Shown here in pieces: positions 1-13,213 of a stretch of DNA of 64,000 nucleotides (position 1 is the first letter of the stretch; each line of letters opens with the position of its first letter). A program made the translations under genes and the position numbers. Under the pieces are notes generated by a model. That model was not told where the DNA came from. It worked only from the letters and a program-made list of their open reading frames with translations, and did not search any database. Origin of the DNA: Hydrolagus affinis (Eukaryota); contig JAAILG010000537.1 of NCBI GenBank assembly GCA_012026655.1, forward strand, positions 1-64,000, written 5' to 3'.

Positions 1-138
1 CTACCTGTCTCTCCTGTCTCTCCTCCATTCTGCCGGCAATATCATCGAAAATGCTTCCGTTTTTTTTTCCCCAAGAAAAGGTCAAAAGTGGGGGGTGCGC
101 CTTATACGCGGGTGCGCCTTATACGCGGAGATATACGG
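1..138. mobile_element. Terminus of a Tc1/mariner-superfamily (Tc2/MER104-like) non-autonomous DNA transposon
   Basis: Ends ...ATATACGG followed by TA (139-140), the TcMar target dinucleotide. Reverse complement CCGTATATCTCCGCGTATAAGGCGCAC resembles Tc2-type TIRs. A subterminal 17-bp unit GGTGCGCCTTATACGCG is repeated at 94-110 and 111-127. The other end is outside the window. Confidence 0.6.
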
Positions 139-159
139 TAAGCAAAATAACAATCTCGC

Positions 160-345
160 AAAAAAATAATAATCATTTGGTCACTCAATCCACAGAAGTT
201 TGCGGGACACTGCTGTGTGCAATTGGCTGCCACGTTTCATCCATAAAATATACAGTCCTTACAGTATATTCTGTGAAGAGCTTTGAGACATCTCGAAGAC
301 ATGATGAGGAGCTATATCAAATGCAAGGATTAGTATTGTATTATT
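160..345 (+). mobile_element. 5'-truncated SINE copy (representative; similar partial copies at about 425-525, 2200-2310, 2461-2530, 6170-6350, 9520-9660, 21257-21450(-), 26070-26250, 31577-31735(-), 40170-40265(-), 44435-44540, 46325-46440, 48690-48787, 49255-49432, 49772-49830(-), 63280-63375)
   Basis: Shared motifs gggacactgctgtgtgcaattggctgc and gtgaagagctttgagac...ctatatcaaatgcaaggatta recur at all listed positions. Confidence 0.85.
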
Positions 346-2637
346 TTATATTGGTTCTTCATACTATAGTCTCTCATTGAAGTATCCAGAGCTCAAGCAT
401 CCAGCAAGTACTTCAGTTAAATTATTTCACCCACAAGGCACAGTCAATCCACCTTCAAATGTATTCTGTGAAGCACTTTGAGACATTTCAACGATATATC
501 AAATGTAAATGGATATTATTATTAAATTAAACATGCTTATCATTTTCTGCTCAATAAAAAAAAAGATTTTCACATCTCCTACTTCTTTTACACAGCTCTT
601 AGTAAAAGCATTTATTAGGGCTGACTACTGCACAACAAGTTGGCGCTGTTAAAAAGTCCGGGTAATAGGTCCACCCACAATGATCAAGTTTTCCAATCTA
701 AATCCTTCACTAAATCCTGACAGAGCCGGTGGAATAAACCATCCCTCAGAGTTCTGTAGTTTATCTGGATTCCACACCTGAATTTTATAATAAATTCACC
801 AGATTTTCCAGCATACACTCTGGGCTGATTAGACCGAGGTTTCTCACTCTTAGTACTGTACACTCAAGGGTACTGAAAGAATCGCACATTCAAAATGACA
901 AGTAATGTTTCACGAACAGACGTTGAATTCATTTCCGAAAGCAATGCTAGCGTTGTGGATACTCGGGAACCATAAAACAGATATAAATTTTACTCTGGCT
1001 GCCTTACATCAGACGTGCCTTGCAGTCTACTCCCAGCCCTCCACACCATATTGCTCATGTAAATGGCGTCTCAGCCCAAAGGCCTATTATCAAGTGATAG
1101 GGAGCAATTTCTGTCCCCATAAGGAGTCATATCCAAAACTTTCTCTTTCACATCCAGATTGACCCACTATTCATTGGCAGCATTCTACTGTTTTTATTTG
1201 AGAGCAATTTCAGTCAAAGCCCTATAGTACAATGATAAATTTACTGCCAGCACATTTAAAACAAATCAATAGAACCGGTCAACCAAACAAATGACAAGGC
1301 ACGGACACTGGTTAGATACTATTTAGGGAACACTTCAGTTTTCTGTTTGAAATGACGCTAAAATTCCGGAATGATCAATATTCTAAGGTAAACGAAAAAC
1401 AAATGCATTAGCCACGGGTAGGTGAGCGTACTAGATTTATTAGCATTTCTTTGACTCTCACCGGATCAGCTTCAGTGCTGATATTGTGTAACTTGATATA
1501 TGTAAAACCATCAACGGTTTTAAGATCCACATTTTGGCCAAGCTTGGCTTAGCCTCGATTACTACTGTACAAGGATTACTGTACTCGATCAGATGGGTCC
1601 TAATTACAATTTACAGGTCAGGCGAAGTGGTATATGAGGCTTGCACCAAGAATGAGCACAAACCAAGAAGACACTGCATTTTCTTTCCATATAACCCCCT
1701 TTTTTTTAAAAAAAAAGTTACTTTTGCATTTTCAGCCCTATTTCCTTCATTCAATTTAGCCAATTACAGTGCAGAGGCCAGGAAATTGGAAGGGATCCAG
1801 AGTAGGTTTTTGACTAGACACTTCAGGTCACGATCTGATATAAGAAGGGAATCCCATCACAGCAGGGTTAGAAATGCTGGTAAGAAGTCATTAATATATA
1901 TGGATTGAGCAACTGTGAAGCCTCCTAAGCAATTTTATAAGTGAATAAGCATGAAGAGATGGGTGGTTAGTGAGCAGTCCTATGAAGACCTGAGTTGGAA
2001 TCACAACCTTGGCCTAAATTCTATTTGTTTAGATGAGGAGACGTCAATCACAACTGGACCATTGTGTCTGTGTTGAAAGTGGACGGGAGAGAGAGAAATT
2101 CTCCAGAGGCTCCATGTCAGCCCCACTGGCAGAGGACATGGAGATGTCAAGTAGTCATTTGCAATCATTGTCACTGTATTGATTTATCTTCCCGAGAGAG
2201 AATACTCGCTTACAAAATACATTCACTACACTTCATAGTAATTCCTGTGAATCGCTTTGAAATGTCTCAATGACATGATAAGGTGCCATATCAAAATGCA
2301 AGGATTATTACAAAATATCCAGTATTTTATACATTGCGCTTGTAAACTAGCTAAATTTCCCCCCCTCTCTCTCTCTCTCTAGATAACAAATTACTGAGCC
2401 TACATTATGTCTGTTCTCATCCAACAGTCAGTCTACAGAAGTGAATAGACTCTGCTAATCCAGCGCTTTGAGACATCTAGAAGATGTGAAAAGCGCTATA
2501 TCAAATGCAAGGATTATTATTATTATTATTAGTCTGTTATGAGCTCTCTTCATATATTGAAGGCACCAACTCATTCCAGGATATGGTTCATAAGTGTCAT
2601 GAGCCCTCTGGTACTTAGTCCAAGAAAAACATAAGCT

Positions 2638-2865
2638 AAATACTGCAGGTGTTGGAAATCTGAAACAAAAACAGAAATTGCTGGGAGCACTCAGCAGGTC
2701 AGGCAGCATCTATGGAGAAAGGAAAAGTGAGTCAACGTTTCGGGTCCACAACCCTTCGTCAAAACTGGATCAGCTCCGTTCTGACAAACGGTCATGGACC
2801 CGAAACATTGACTAATTCTCCTCTCTCAGTTTTTATCTCAGAATTCCAGCATCTGCAGTATTTTG
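2638..2865. mobile_element. Penelope-like element terminal repeats in inverted arrangement, with two degenerate hammerhead motifs
   Basis: Arms aaatactgcaggtgttggaaatctgaaacaaaaacaga... and ...tcagaattccagcatctgcagtatttt are reverse-complementary. Same family as 57803-57940 and 33270-33825. Confidence 0.65.
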
Positions 2866-4577
2866 CCGCACAATATTCACGCTTGAGTGTCGAGAATGTT
2901 ATGTGACCATTGAAAATCACAAACTCCTGATTACCAACACCTTTTAGCTAAAACCCAAAGCCTTGGGGTATTCAATTGTAGATCCTTCTTGTGAATGTTT
3001 AGTATAGGGGGCTATTCTTAAACATTCTTAAATCTAGTCTTGATTTGATGCTGGTTTTCCTAAGTTCTTTTTAAGTTATGACTGAACTTCAGAATTAAGG
3101 CAAGATCGAGGAATATGTCATGCAACAACAACAACAACTTGCATTTATATAACGCCCTTCAGGGTATAGTCCCGATGCACTGATGCCCACACATGTTTCG
3201 ACAATATATTGATTTGGAGAGGGAATCCTAGTAATATTTCCCCAAATGGACTATATATAGTATATGGTTCAGTACCATGGTGCATTATGAACTTATACAC
3301 TCAACCATTGTGTTTGCTATGGCATTGTCATACCAGGTGAAATATTGCAAATTACAATTACAACCGTTTATTTGTTGGGGGAAAAAAACTCCCAAAACAT
3401 TTCTATTTGATTCTGATATGTGTTGGTATTGCAGAAAAGATGATAAAAAAAGCTTTTTCAATTATCCCAAATCTGCCTTCAGTCATGGTATCATAGAATC
3501 TTAGCATTTTACAGCACAGATGGGGACCATTTTAGTCTATCGCATTTGTTCCACATTTTACAAAATCACTTTTTTTCTATTCATCACACTTTTCAGCTCT
3601 TTCCCCACATCCCTTAAGACTTATACTGCTCAGTTACTTATCTGGTTCCCTTCTGAATAATGCTATTGATTCAGACTCAATAGTTACTTGTAATGAACAC
3701 TAATAAACCTCTGAGTGAAGACATTCTTTCCAACCTCTCCCCTTATCTGAATGTTACAGGAGCAGCTTATTTTCTGTCTTCTTCCACAGATCAGACAACC
3801 ACAAAATATTCGCATGTTTTTGTTTGCATCCTTGCTTGTTCCCTTGGGTTTGTCATTCAAAGATCTAACTACATAAATAGTCAAACGAGGGAACAAATTT
3901 GAGAATCAGCTGTCTAACCATACACGTGTACTATCCCTATGGTGCTTAGGCTTAGAGAAGGATGTACAATACATTGAATTTTCCTGGAAAGCTTAAGTAC
4001 TTTTTTTTAAAAAAGTATGTCAACTCGTTTGTAGTTTTGAGTTTTATATTTCAGGTCAGATAGATTAATCGTTAGCTGCGTTTCTTTTTACATATAAAAA
4101 AAAGATCATCTCTGCTGGTATCATATTACCAACCTGATGACTAATTTTTATGATTGGTTAATGTTCTGCATGAATAAATGAATACATCAAAAATCCAAAA
4201 GCAATTTTCTCCAGGTCCTTCCTCAGCTAAACCTTTCACCAACTAAAATGAGTCCATAATCTTTTTCTGATTATGGTCAAACCCTCTTGTTACCTAGCAA
4301 CACACAATTAAGGAATATGTTTTCAGATCCGCTTTGCAATCAGGCCATTATCAGATAAAATTACTAGAGCAACAAATGTCAACCTCATGCAAATGAGTTT
4401 GCTGAGGAGAATGAATGCTTTCACTTCCAAAAAGATGGGTTCTGACATTGCAGAATTATTAGGCTCAGAACCACTCAAGACTTCGAAGATGGCACTTGCA
4501 TTTTAGTCTGATCGTGGTGAAAACTTCTCAAACTAGAACTCCTTACTTCCCTCCGCTTACGTTCCTCCTACAATACA

Positions 4578-4770
4578 ACAGCAACTTGCATTTATATAAT
4601 GCCTATCAAGCAGGTAATGTCTCGAGAGTGTTTCACAATAACTGGATCAACCAAGAGAGGCAGAGTGGGGTTGAGCGTAGGTGCAGTGAACACTTTGGAT
4701 TTAAGGCAGGATTTAACGATAGATAGGGAGAGAGATGGTAAGATGGAGGAGTAGTGAGAGGGGGAGTTGT
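4578..4770 (-). mobile_element. Old L2-type 3' fragment abutting the hAT-like MITE
   Basis: caacagcaacttgcatttatataatgcc...gtctcgagagtgtttcaca tail followed by a purine-rich tttaaggcaggatttaa...gagagagatgg segment. Confidence 0.5.
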
Positions 4771-4787
4771 AGAGCTTCACGGCATAG

Positions 4788-5142
4788 TAGTGTCTGGCGA
4801 TATATCGGTTATATCGATATAATTTTTCATATTGAAATGCCGATATTGGAAATTCAAATATATCGATATATCGAAAAATTCGATATGAAAAAAAAATCGA
4901 TACATCGCAAATATCGGTATATCGTGTCCGGCGATATAGAGATATATCGGTATATATTGGTATAATGCGGACTTTTTCAACTTACCTTGTCGATATCCAA
5001 ATGCACCCCCGAGTATGCGCGCACCTCCAAATACGCACGCATGCACAGGACAAAAAACCCCGCGATATTGATATATCTGTATATATCGATACGGGCAAAC
5101 CGATATATCGATATCGGAAAATTTTGATATCGACGGACCCTA
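4788..5142. mobile_element. hAT-like MITE with imperfect TIRs and CGATA subterminal repeats
   Basis: Left end TAGTGTCTGGCGATAT and right end ATATCGACGGACCCTA (reverse complement TAGGGTCCGTCGATAT) match at 13/16. Interior is dense in CGATAT/ATATCG. No 8-bp TSD is visible. Confidence 0.7.
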
Positions 5143-7344
5143 CGTAACTCAAACTTGTCCTAGAAAAAGCAAAAACGGCAAATCCCATCAGCGACAGGCA
5201 TCGCCTTTGGCAAAGCACAACAGAATTTTTTTTAGGCGAATATGGCTTCATGTCTAGCAAAGTTAAAAGTAGGCTTCCAAGCAAAACAAATCATTCCAAG
5301 CGCATGTGGTCATGGTGTTGCTGTGTTTTGCTATTGAATCAGTAGTAGGGGTTCTGGTTTAGTGGCAAATCTCATCAGTTTGCTCCACAAAGTGCATGAC
5401 CTGTCAAGCGGATACTTTAAATCTCTCTGTGAGTAAGGCTGATTAAATAACTCACAAGGAACAATGTAGGGAGTTAGTTGCCTCAGCCAGGGCAGGTATT
5501 GATCACACTGTGGAGCTGGCAACAGCTGTTTGATTTATAGCAAGTGTCCATGGTTCTGCAACTGAAAATAAGTCAATTTAATAAGTATTTTTCTAGTCTC
5601 CAAGTTATTCAGTCAAAGTTATTTTATGAAGTTAATTTATTACTTTAATGTCGGCCCATTGGAAATAAGAGTTGTCTGGTTGTATTTCAACAGATAAAAA
5701 CGTCTGTGTCATGGGCACATGGTGTAATAATCCTTGTATTTAATATAGCACTTTTCACATCTTCTAGAATACACTGTAATTGTATTCTAGTAATTGACTG
5801 CATATTTGTGGGCGAAACTCGTATAATTAAGACGTGTAAAAAAACAAGTGAAAAGTTTTTTTTGGAAGGAGGGAGAGTGCAAAGAGGAATTCACAGACAC
5901 CGTCAACTTTTTAAATTAACATTCAAACAATTGGATTGGTAGTTAATTAACAGCATTCCCACTGTGTGCGCACAACCAGACAATAAAAAGGAAAGGGATT
6001 GTTAGGCATAAGTGGCTTAACTTGATTCTCAAAATGCCATTTATTTTTAATTTCCTGGTATCTGACTTCATCGCTTTCTTATTTTCTCCGATGTTCTTGA
6101 GTCACTATGGAAAGGGTTGTGGATATTACTGTTGCCTTGACCCTAACATTATTTCCATTGTTTTGGAGGAAAGAAAAAATAATAATGATAATTATTTGCT
6201 CACTCAAATACCTCATGGCTGGTTGTGGAACACTGCCACATTTCGCCCCCACAAAATACACAGTCAATTCATTTTACAGTATATCCTGTGAAGCGTTTTG
6301 AGATGTTTCAAGGATGTGACAAAGGGCTATATCAAATGCAAGGATTATTATTCTTTTGGGGGATAAGAATAGATTCTGCAGCACTCTCCGCAGTTTTCGT
6401 ACATTTCAAGTTCAGGTACTGGAAATTTTCCAGTTCTCTGGCCTTGATTTCACTTGCACATCATGTATTCTCTTGGAACACATCTCTCTTTGTTACTGGT
6501 TCCACTATCGGGGACTTTTGTCGTAGTTTCATCTTTCTGTAGTTGACAGCCTCTCCATCACAGTGGTTTCTGTTCTGTAGTTCCCCTTGTGACAAAGCTC
6601 AGCGTGCATGTAAACCATTTGAAGTTTATTAGCGCCTGTGGCGAAATACGTTTCAAATAAACGTCCCTTCTGATAATCATTCTTCTATTATTTCATCTGC
6701 AGCCATTTGTTTTGTTCCTTCACCCAGCTGGGTTAATGGCTTTGTTTTTCCCTTCATGTGGTTTTATGTACTTGCGAGTTTCGTGCAAAGTGCCAGGCTG
6801 TACTTTGGGATGTACACTGCAGAGTGGTTCACTACTGAATGTTCACTTGGGAGAAAACATCTCGACACAACATTTATTCTGTATTGGCACAATCATTTCG
6901 TCTCATTACCAAGTGTTCCCAACTGACCTTGTTGATGCTGTACTGTTCTTTTTTGATTGTGGTTACTGTGAGGAAGTGTTTCCCCGACCGTTCCCTCCAA
7001 TCGTTCAGAAGCTGCTCTTATTTCAACTTCTCTGTTTGACTTCTACTGGTGAGCTTGGCAGACAGACTTTTGGTCACTTTCATGCCACTTATCTAATCTC
7101 GGCTGTTATCTTTTGCTGCTTGTGTCGCTTGCAGTGAGTGAGATGAAGCACAATTTATTCTGCAGAAGAATAAGTTTCCAAAATCTCATTTCCTAGTGCA
7201 CTGTATTCGTGGACTACGGTTTTATTGCAATCGTAACCAAGGTCTAGAGTGGAGTTGTTACTCATTGGTATTTCTGTCTTTGCTCTATTTTCGTTTACAA
7301 ACATAATCTTTCCCATTCCTAATGAAGACACAATAATAACTCAG

Positions 7345-7570
7345 TTAAGGAGGTGACAATTCAGTCAGGTTCCCACTCCTGATCGCTAACCTGTGACCTG
7401 TGCTGCAAAATGATTGGACAAAGATGTCAAATTAGAGACAGTTGTGTTGCCCTGTAGTTGGAACACCCGCTGTCTAGACTCGCGCACGAAGAACGTGAAG
7501 CATTGAAAAGCTGGTGATGGGGAACTGTACTCTACTCCAGCATGAGTTCATGTCTTTAGAATGGGACGGG
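7345..7570 (+). mobile_element. LF-SINE-like ancient repeat relic (related relics at about 7940-8010 plus 8230-8390, 22260-22335, 43720-43930(-), 55835-55950)
   Basis: ctcctgatcgctaacctgtgacc...ctgtctagactcgcgcacgaagaa...ggaactgtac..ccagcatgag resembles LF-SINE body motifs, as recalled. Highly diverged. Confidence 0.4.
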
Positions 7571-8029
7571 AGAACACTGGAAAAGTATGCACATTCGTAA
7601 AGAAAATACTGGTTTAGTTAGTGGACGTCAGTTGACACAGCAATTCACAAGAGACGTTCAGATAAAGAAGGCGCCGTTGCACATTCAATATTATCCTCCA
7701 AAATACCAGCTTTGCAGCATTCCCATTGCAGCATCAAGCAGTTTCTTAAACAAGTCGTCTCCTATCCCCATCCAACAACCCATTCCAGCCATTGATTGCT
7801 CTGATACAGGTACTTGCTGCTTAGCTGATCTCAGTAAAATTGCAGGGAACAACTGAGTACATTGAGCTATATCAAATATCAAAAGCACTATATCAAATAC
7901 AAGGATTATTATGAATACTATTATTATTACAATGTGGTCTCAAGATCCCCAGGTTAGCAAGGGAAAAAAGTCAGCCATATTCTGTCCTGATCATTAGCCA
8001 GAGACCACTGCATTTGCAATTAATAGTTA

Positions 8030-8224
8030 ACAAATAATCCTTGCATTTGATATTGCGCCTCATACGTCTTTGAGACGTCTGAAAGCACTTCACAGAATAT
8101 ACTGTAAAGTGAATTGACTGTATATTTTGTGGAGTCATTTATTTTGTTGTTGTTTCGCCTTGCTGGGAATTAAACCCAGGTCTCTCGCTTGCTCTGTGCT
8201 CTGCCCACTCAGCTACAGGACTCT
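8030..8224 (-). mobile_element. Internally deleted tRNA-derived SINE
   Basis: Tail aatccttgcatttgatat... is joined to head ggaattaaacccagg...ctcagctacaggactc with the central body missing. Confidence 0.8.
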
Positions 8225-11184
8225 ATATATCAACTAAGGACACATGATCGAGTCTGGTGGTGATGGTTGCACATTCAATACTCATGGACAATGGCTGCTT
8301 GGACAATGTACAAGAGAGGAATTGGCGTTTGTGGAATTGCACCCCAGATGAAATAGCATACTGGCACTCACACTGTGTTACACATAAACATTAGAAACCA
8401 GACATTATCTGTGGAAAGCCTACTTCATGATGCGTCAGCAGCTTTAATGCAGAAGGGGGCGTAAAAAAGAAGGCTTTTTAAAAATCAACTCTGCATTGTC
8501 CTGGGCTATCGAAAGCTCTTTCATATTCCCGTTGCTGTTGCAACATAAAATTCACGACAGTACACAATGTTGTTGGTATAATGGTGTTGCTACTCCAACA
8601 GTTATTAATAACTAATCACTTTCTGTACAGAGATGATTTCTCAGTCTCTGAGGAATATCTCTGGCCAGCATTTAAAATTAAAATGCAAAGTACTGAGGGA
8701 ATGGCCCTTGGACACGGGGGTGTCTGCATGCCAGACGTCGCATTAAACAATACTTAGGCTGTTCAAGCTGCACCACTTAAAGATGCAGATGCAATATCAA
8801 ATGCACATTTTGCACTCTGGAGTGGCAAGCAACATTTCATTTGTTCCGATGGGAATACTGAATATAAAACCAAGCCCATTTTTAAAGGAGGACTGTAGAT
8901 TACCAGACTCTAACATTAACATCGAGGAACTATACATTAGCTGACACTCGACATGGTTTAAATTATGACCAGGAGTGTAATGTGAATGCTAATGCAGTAC
9001 AGCCCTTTGAATAAGAAATATTCATCCACCTTTTCTCCTACTCCCCAACCAACCCTCGCCTACCCCCACCACCCCCGCCCTGATAAAATATGAGCAGGAA
9101 TTGAGCTTCACTTTTTCTGAGATACTCTTGTGATAGATCACTTTGTTATACAAGCACTAACATAAATATGTCACTGTTGTTGAGTCTTGATTGCGTTCAC
9201 TTAAGACTCTTGCTTCCGACTCGTGAGATATGCGGACGACAGTAAAGTCTGCAGGCCCGTGCAAAGTGAGTGCTAAAAATAAAGCAACAGGAGTCTGGAA
9301 ATGCTCATTGCATTATCGGATCAGAAGTAAACAGAGCAAGGCTGTTTGTGGGGGAAAACCCCCCACTGGGATTGTGAAACAGGGCAGCAGTGAGGAAGTG
9401 GCATTAAAGATATCCTAATATGCAAGACACTGCCCTTAATTCATTCATGAAAGGAGCAGTCCCTCAGAGGGGACCTTATAGAGGTATATATATACAATTT
9501 TAAAAGGCATTGAAACAGTGAACCCAGAATAATTCTGTGGAACATTGCTACTCACAATTGGCTGCCATGTTACGCTCACAAAATATACTCCTGTGAAGGG
9601 CTCAGATGCCTCGAAGACGGGGTAAGGCACTATATCAAATGCAAGGATTATATTATTATTACTGCAGCATGAGCAAGAAAGTAGAACACGTGGATGCAGT
9701 TTTAGTGTTGCAGAAGCAATTTCATAACAGACACCAGAAAGATTTTCTTTACTCAGCGAATAAAGCATTCCAAGACTCTCGTTACCCTGCGTAGGTGCTA
9801 CATAAATGCAAGTTGTTAATGTTATGATTGAAATAAGTTACCGGGACGAATAGTTGATAGCTGGACATATGAACCATGAATAATATGCTTGTTAAAAACA
9901 TTTAAAAAAAACTTCCCTCCCACCCCACACCTTTGAAAGGACCAGCTGGTGAACAAGATCATTTACTAAGTTAAGAATTGCTGGAACAATTTGTAATAGC
10001 CAATTTGCGAGCGTCATTGAAGGGCCTGGAAATGTTATTTTGTCTGATATAGGGTTGAACCTAACTGCTCTGCATTTACTGACAGGCATGAACTGAAGGA
10101 GAAATTATTCATTTGCTACCAACTGCCAAGATCATTCAGTGCTCAAAGGGGGTCAAATAGTTCAGAAATCAGCTCAAAGATTTCGATGGAAAGGCTTTGT
10201 GGATTTACTATACAACCAGAGGACCTATTGGACGCATAACAATGTGCTTTGATGGCTGCTACCAAGCTATTAGTTTAAATTGCTCCCGCACACGCTTTGG
10301 TTTTATGAAGCTTAAATTGTGGCTTTGTGGAGAAGGCATCAATAAAACAATCTGTAGGGGAAATTCACACTGCAGACATGCCGCTAGACAACTGGATGGA
10401 TTTTAAGAGGGAAGAAAAGAAAGGGAGGAATTCATTTGAGTACCATATAAATATTTAGCTATCATGTCACAATCAAACTAGTCAGTTTCTAATTGCTGGA
10501 GACCTTTTTATTCTTCTCTTGACTGCTCAAAGACCGCCTCTAATGGGATAGTCAAGGTACTGTGCATTACCAATGGTATAGGAGAGCCAGTTATCAGCAG
10601 TAATCACCACTAACATTAGACTCACAAAGTTAATGGATGTCATGCATTATATAATGAATATTTTAGCTTTTAAACGCAGACCTCTGAATTTCCCACTTAA
10701 GCTGAAACGCTTTAGAATAGATTTAGAGAGATCAGTTGAAATCAAGTCCCACCAACTTTTTATTCTTACCACACAAAATTCCACCTAGTAAAGCAAGACA
10801 CACTGCTCTACAAACTGACGAACTGACATCTGAAAGAGAACGATGGGTTAACATGTTGAGTGCCAGTAACCTGAAACATTAACCCACGTTTCTCATTCAC
10901 ATGCTAATATTCCACTGGGAGACAAGTTCTTCATCATCTCACAGCAATTTTATTTAAAGCCTGGAATATTCAGAGTCAAAGCTTTCTCTGAAATAAAATT
11001 CAAAGCTTCCCTGTTCCATGCGCGCACACAACACACCTCAACCATTTCCCAGGTTTCCATCATTTCCCCTCTATTCATGGCACTTTCCTTTATATTGCTT
11101 CCCCTGTCCACAGGCCTGTCATCTCCCCACAGAAATGTAGGGAAGCTTCACCATTGCAGATACATTTAGATGATAGAACAAACA

Positions 11185-11410
11185 GACCAACACAGGTTTA
11201 AGGATGCAGAAGGCAATTTTAGGACAGCCTCCAACAAGTATTGCTTCACCAAGAGCGTATTTAATGATTGGAACAAGCTACCAGGAGGGGTAGTTGAGGT
11301 CAGAATGTTGAACTAATTGAAAGAAAATAGCTTGTTGCTGTAATGGGAGGACGGTAGATTTATTGCTCTGGAAACATGAGATCAAATGGGTTGAAGGGCC
11401 TTCTTCATCT
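11185..11410 (+). mobile_element. Old CR1-clade LINE 3' fragment
   Basis: ttttaggacag...tgcttcaccaagagcgtatttaatgattggaacaagctaccagg...gtagttgagg encodes the CR1-like F(T)xRV(F)NxWNxLP..VVE end, followed by a CR1-type 3'UTR (aaatgggttgaagggccttctt). Confidence 0.65.
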
Positions 11411-13213
11411 GAGAATCTCTTGCAAACTCTGAGTCCACTCCAGCAAGCTGCCATCATGTTCAGCCTCTGCTAAATACAGTAACAGCTTATCGTTGAGCTT
11501 CAGTCTTTGGTTTGTTGGCAGAGGCAAACCATTTTATTTGGATCATAAATATCTAATATGATTTGATTGAACACTACTGGATGCCTGCTGCCGGGTAAAG
11601 CTGTTCAAAGGTATAGAGGGTGATCTTCCTCAACATCGCTTTGTAATAAAGTTGCTTGCAATTGGAAGTGCAACGCTAAACAAAAATTGTATCAAATGGC
11701 AAAACAATCTCTAACTATTATTTTCAAAAGAAAAAAAAAGCATTTTGAAGTTATTATTAATTCCAGCTACAAAAGTAGTATATAGCTGGGTGTAAATCTG
11801 TGAATAATCTGTTCATATTATCTGCGCTGCCTATATAATCGTTTTATATTAATCCCCCCACCCAACCCTCTAATGCTCAGGACCACTGTCCTTGACCAAG
11901 ACATTGGAAAATACCATTGGAACATCTTTAATCTATCTCAGATTATTTGAATTAGTACAATTGAAGAGGATCAGAAAGAATACTAACTGAAGTGATCCAA
12001 TCATATTGATGCCTTTACCTGCAATTGTCCCAGGAGCTAAAGACATCAAATCTTGTTCTTCAATTGACTTGCCTGGAATTGATTTCCTGGTGTATTACAG
12101 TGAAGCTTGCATTTCACATATGAAGAAATCTGCTCTATGATCAACATAAATCTGGATTGTTGTGGCTACAGGTAAAACCCCATCAAGGTGGGTCCCAAAT
12201 AACCACAGAACAAAAGCAGGAACCAATGTACTAGAAATTCTACTTACAACCAATTATTGCCATCTATTGGTTTTGCGCCCGTCGTAGCAAACAGATATTA
12301 AAAATTTACGTCTATCTTATAAAGGATTCATCTGAAGCAATCTGTAACACTATAGACTCCGGAGATTTATATATTATATTAAAAAGAATCTGGTTTAATA
12401 TTGACAACTAAGCTAAGCCTCCCTTTAGCCCTTTCTTTTCCGTCCATTTCAATATTCTGCAACATGGACGATCGATAGGAGCAATATAGAAACCAATTGC
12501 TAATGCACTTAAGACAGAAAACACTTGCTATTATATTCCTCTGTTTATCACAAACAATGTCAAGTGTTGCTCCTATTTGGGTTTAGTATGGTTACTGTGT
12601 AATTTAATGCCACACGACAGAAAAACCCTTGCAATTGGGCTGGTTTGTACATGTCACTTTGTGCTAATAACACAATATGATGGTATAACAACAACCTTTA
12701 CGGGATCAGTTAAAACACAAACCCTCATGTGGACTCACACTGATGGAAACAACAATAAACTAATGCTCTTTGAAGAAAACCCCCAAAACTCAACATTACA
12801 CCAAAAATTACATCAGAAAATTGGAGGTTGGAATAACAGGAAATAAATCAACAACTTGCAACTTGTTAAAAGGGGTATGTAAAAACATTTTTAGCAACCA
12901 AAAGACAAAAGTCAGATAATCAGGAGTAGATATAATGAAAACCTGTGTTTTCACTGGTTTGATGTTTTGTGAGAGATTGTCGGGGGCGGGGGGAAAAAAA
13001 ACTCACAATGCAAAAAATAAATGTATAGAGCGCCTGCAAAATGTGTTCTGAGTCACTCAACCATTGTGGGCGGGTGGGGGGTGGGGGGAGGTGCGTATAA
13101 AGACTGGCCACAAAGCACAAGAAAATCTACAGTACTTTTTCGAGTGGGAACCCACGGGCAGACAGATCAATCACGCAAACGGCTCAGAATAAAAAAAAAA
13201 TAAAGCGAGTTAC

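Noticed and set aside
4800-5130. CRISPR-like or iteron-like repeat array
   Set aside because: The repeats are short, irregular CGATAT units without unique spacers, bounded by TIRs, in vertebrate intronic DNA.
1-13166. Shared CtBP2 B-domain exons (IRPQIMNGP...)
   Set aside because: Searched by eye on the minus strand and not found. They presumably lie beyond the left edge of the window.
13167-13213. C-terminal SNSLYFFFILSRLRD* of the 610-aa ORF as a real protein end
   Set aside because: Homology stops at the phase-1 GT donor at 13213. The extension is T-rich intron read-through with no nearby poly(A) signal to support an A-domain-only isoform.
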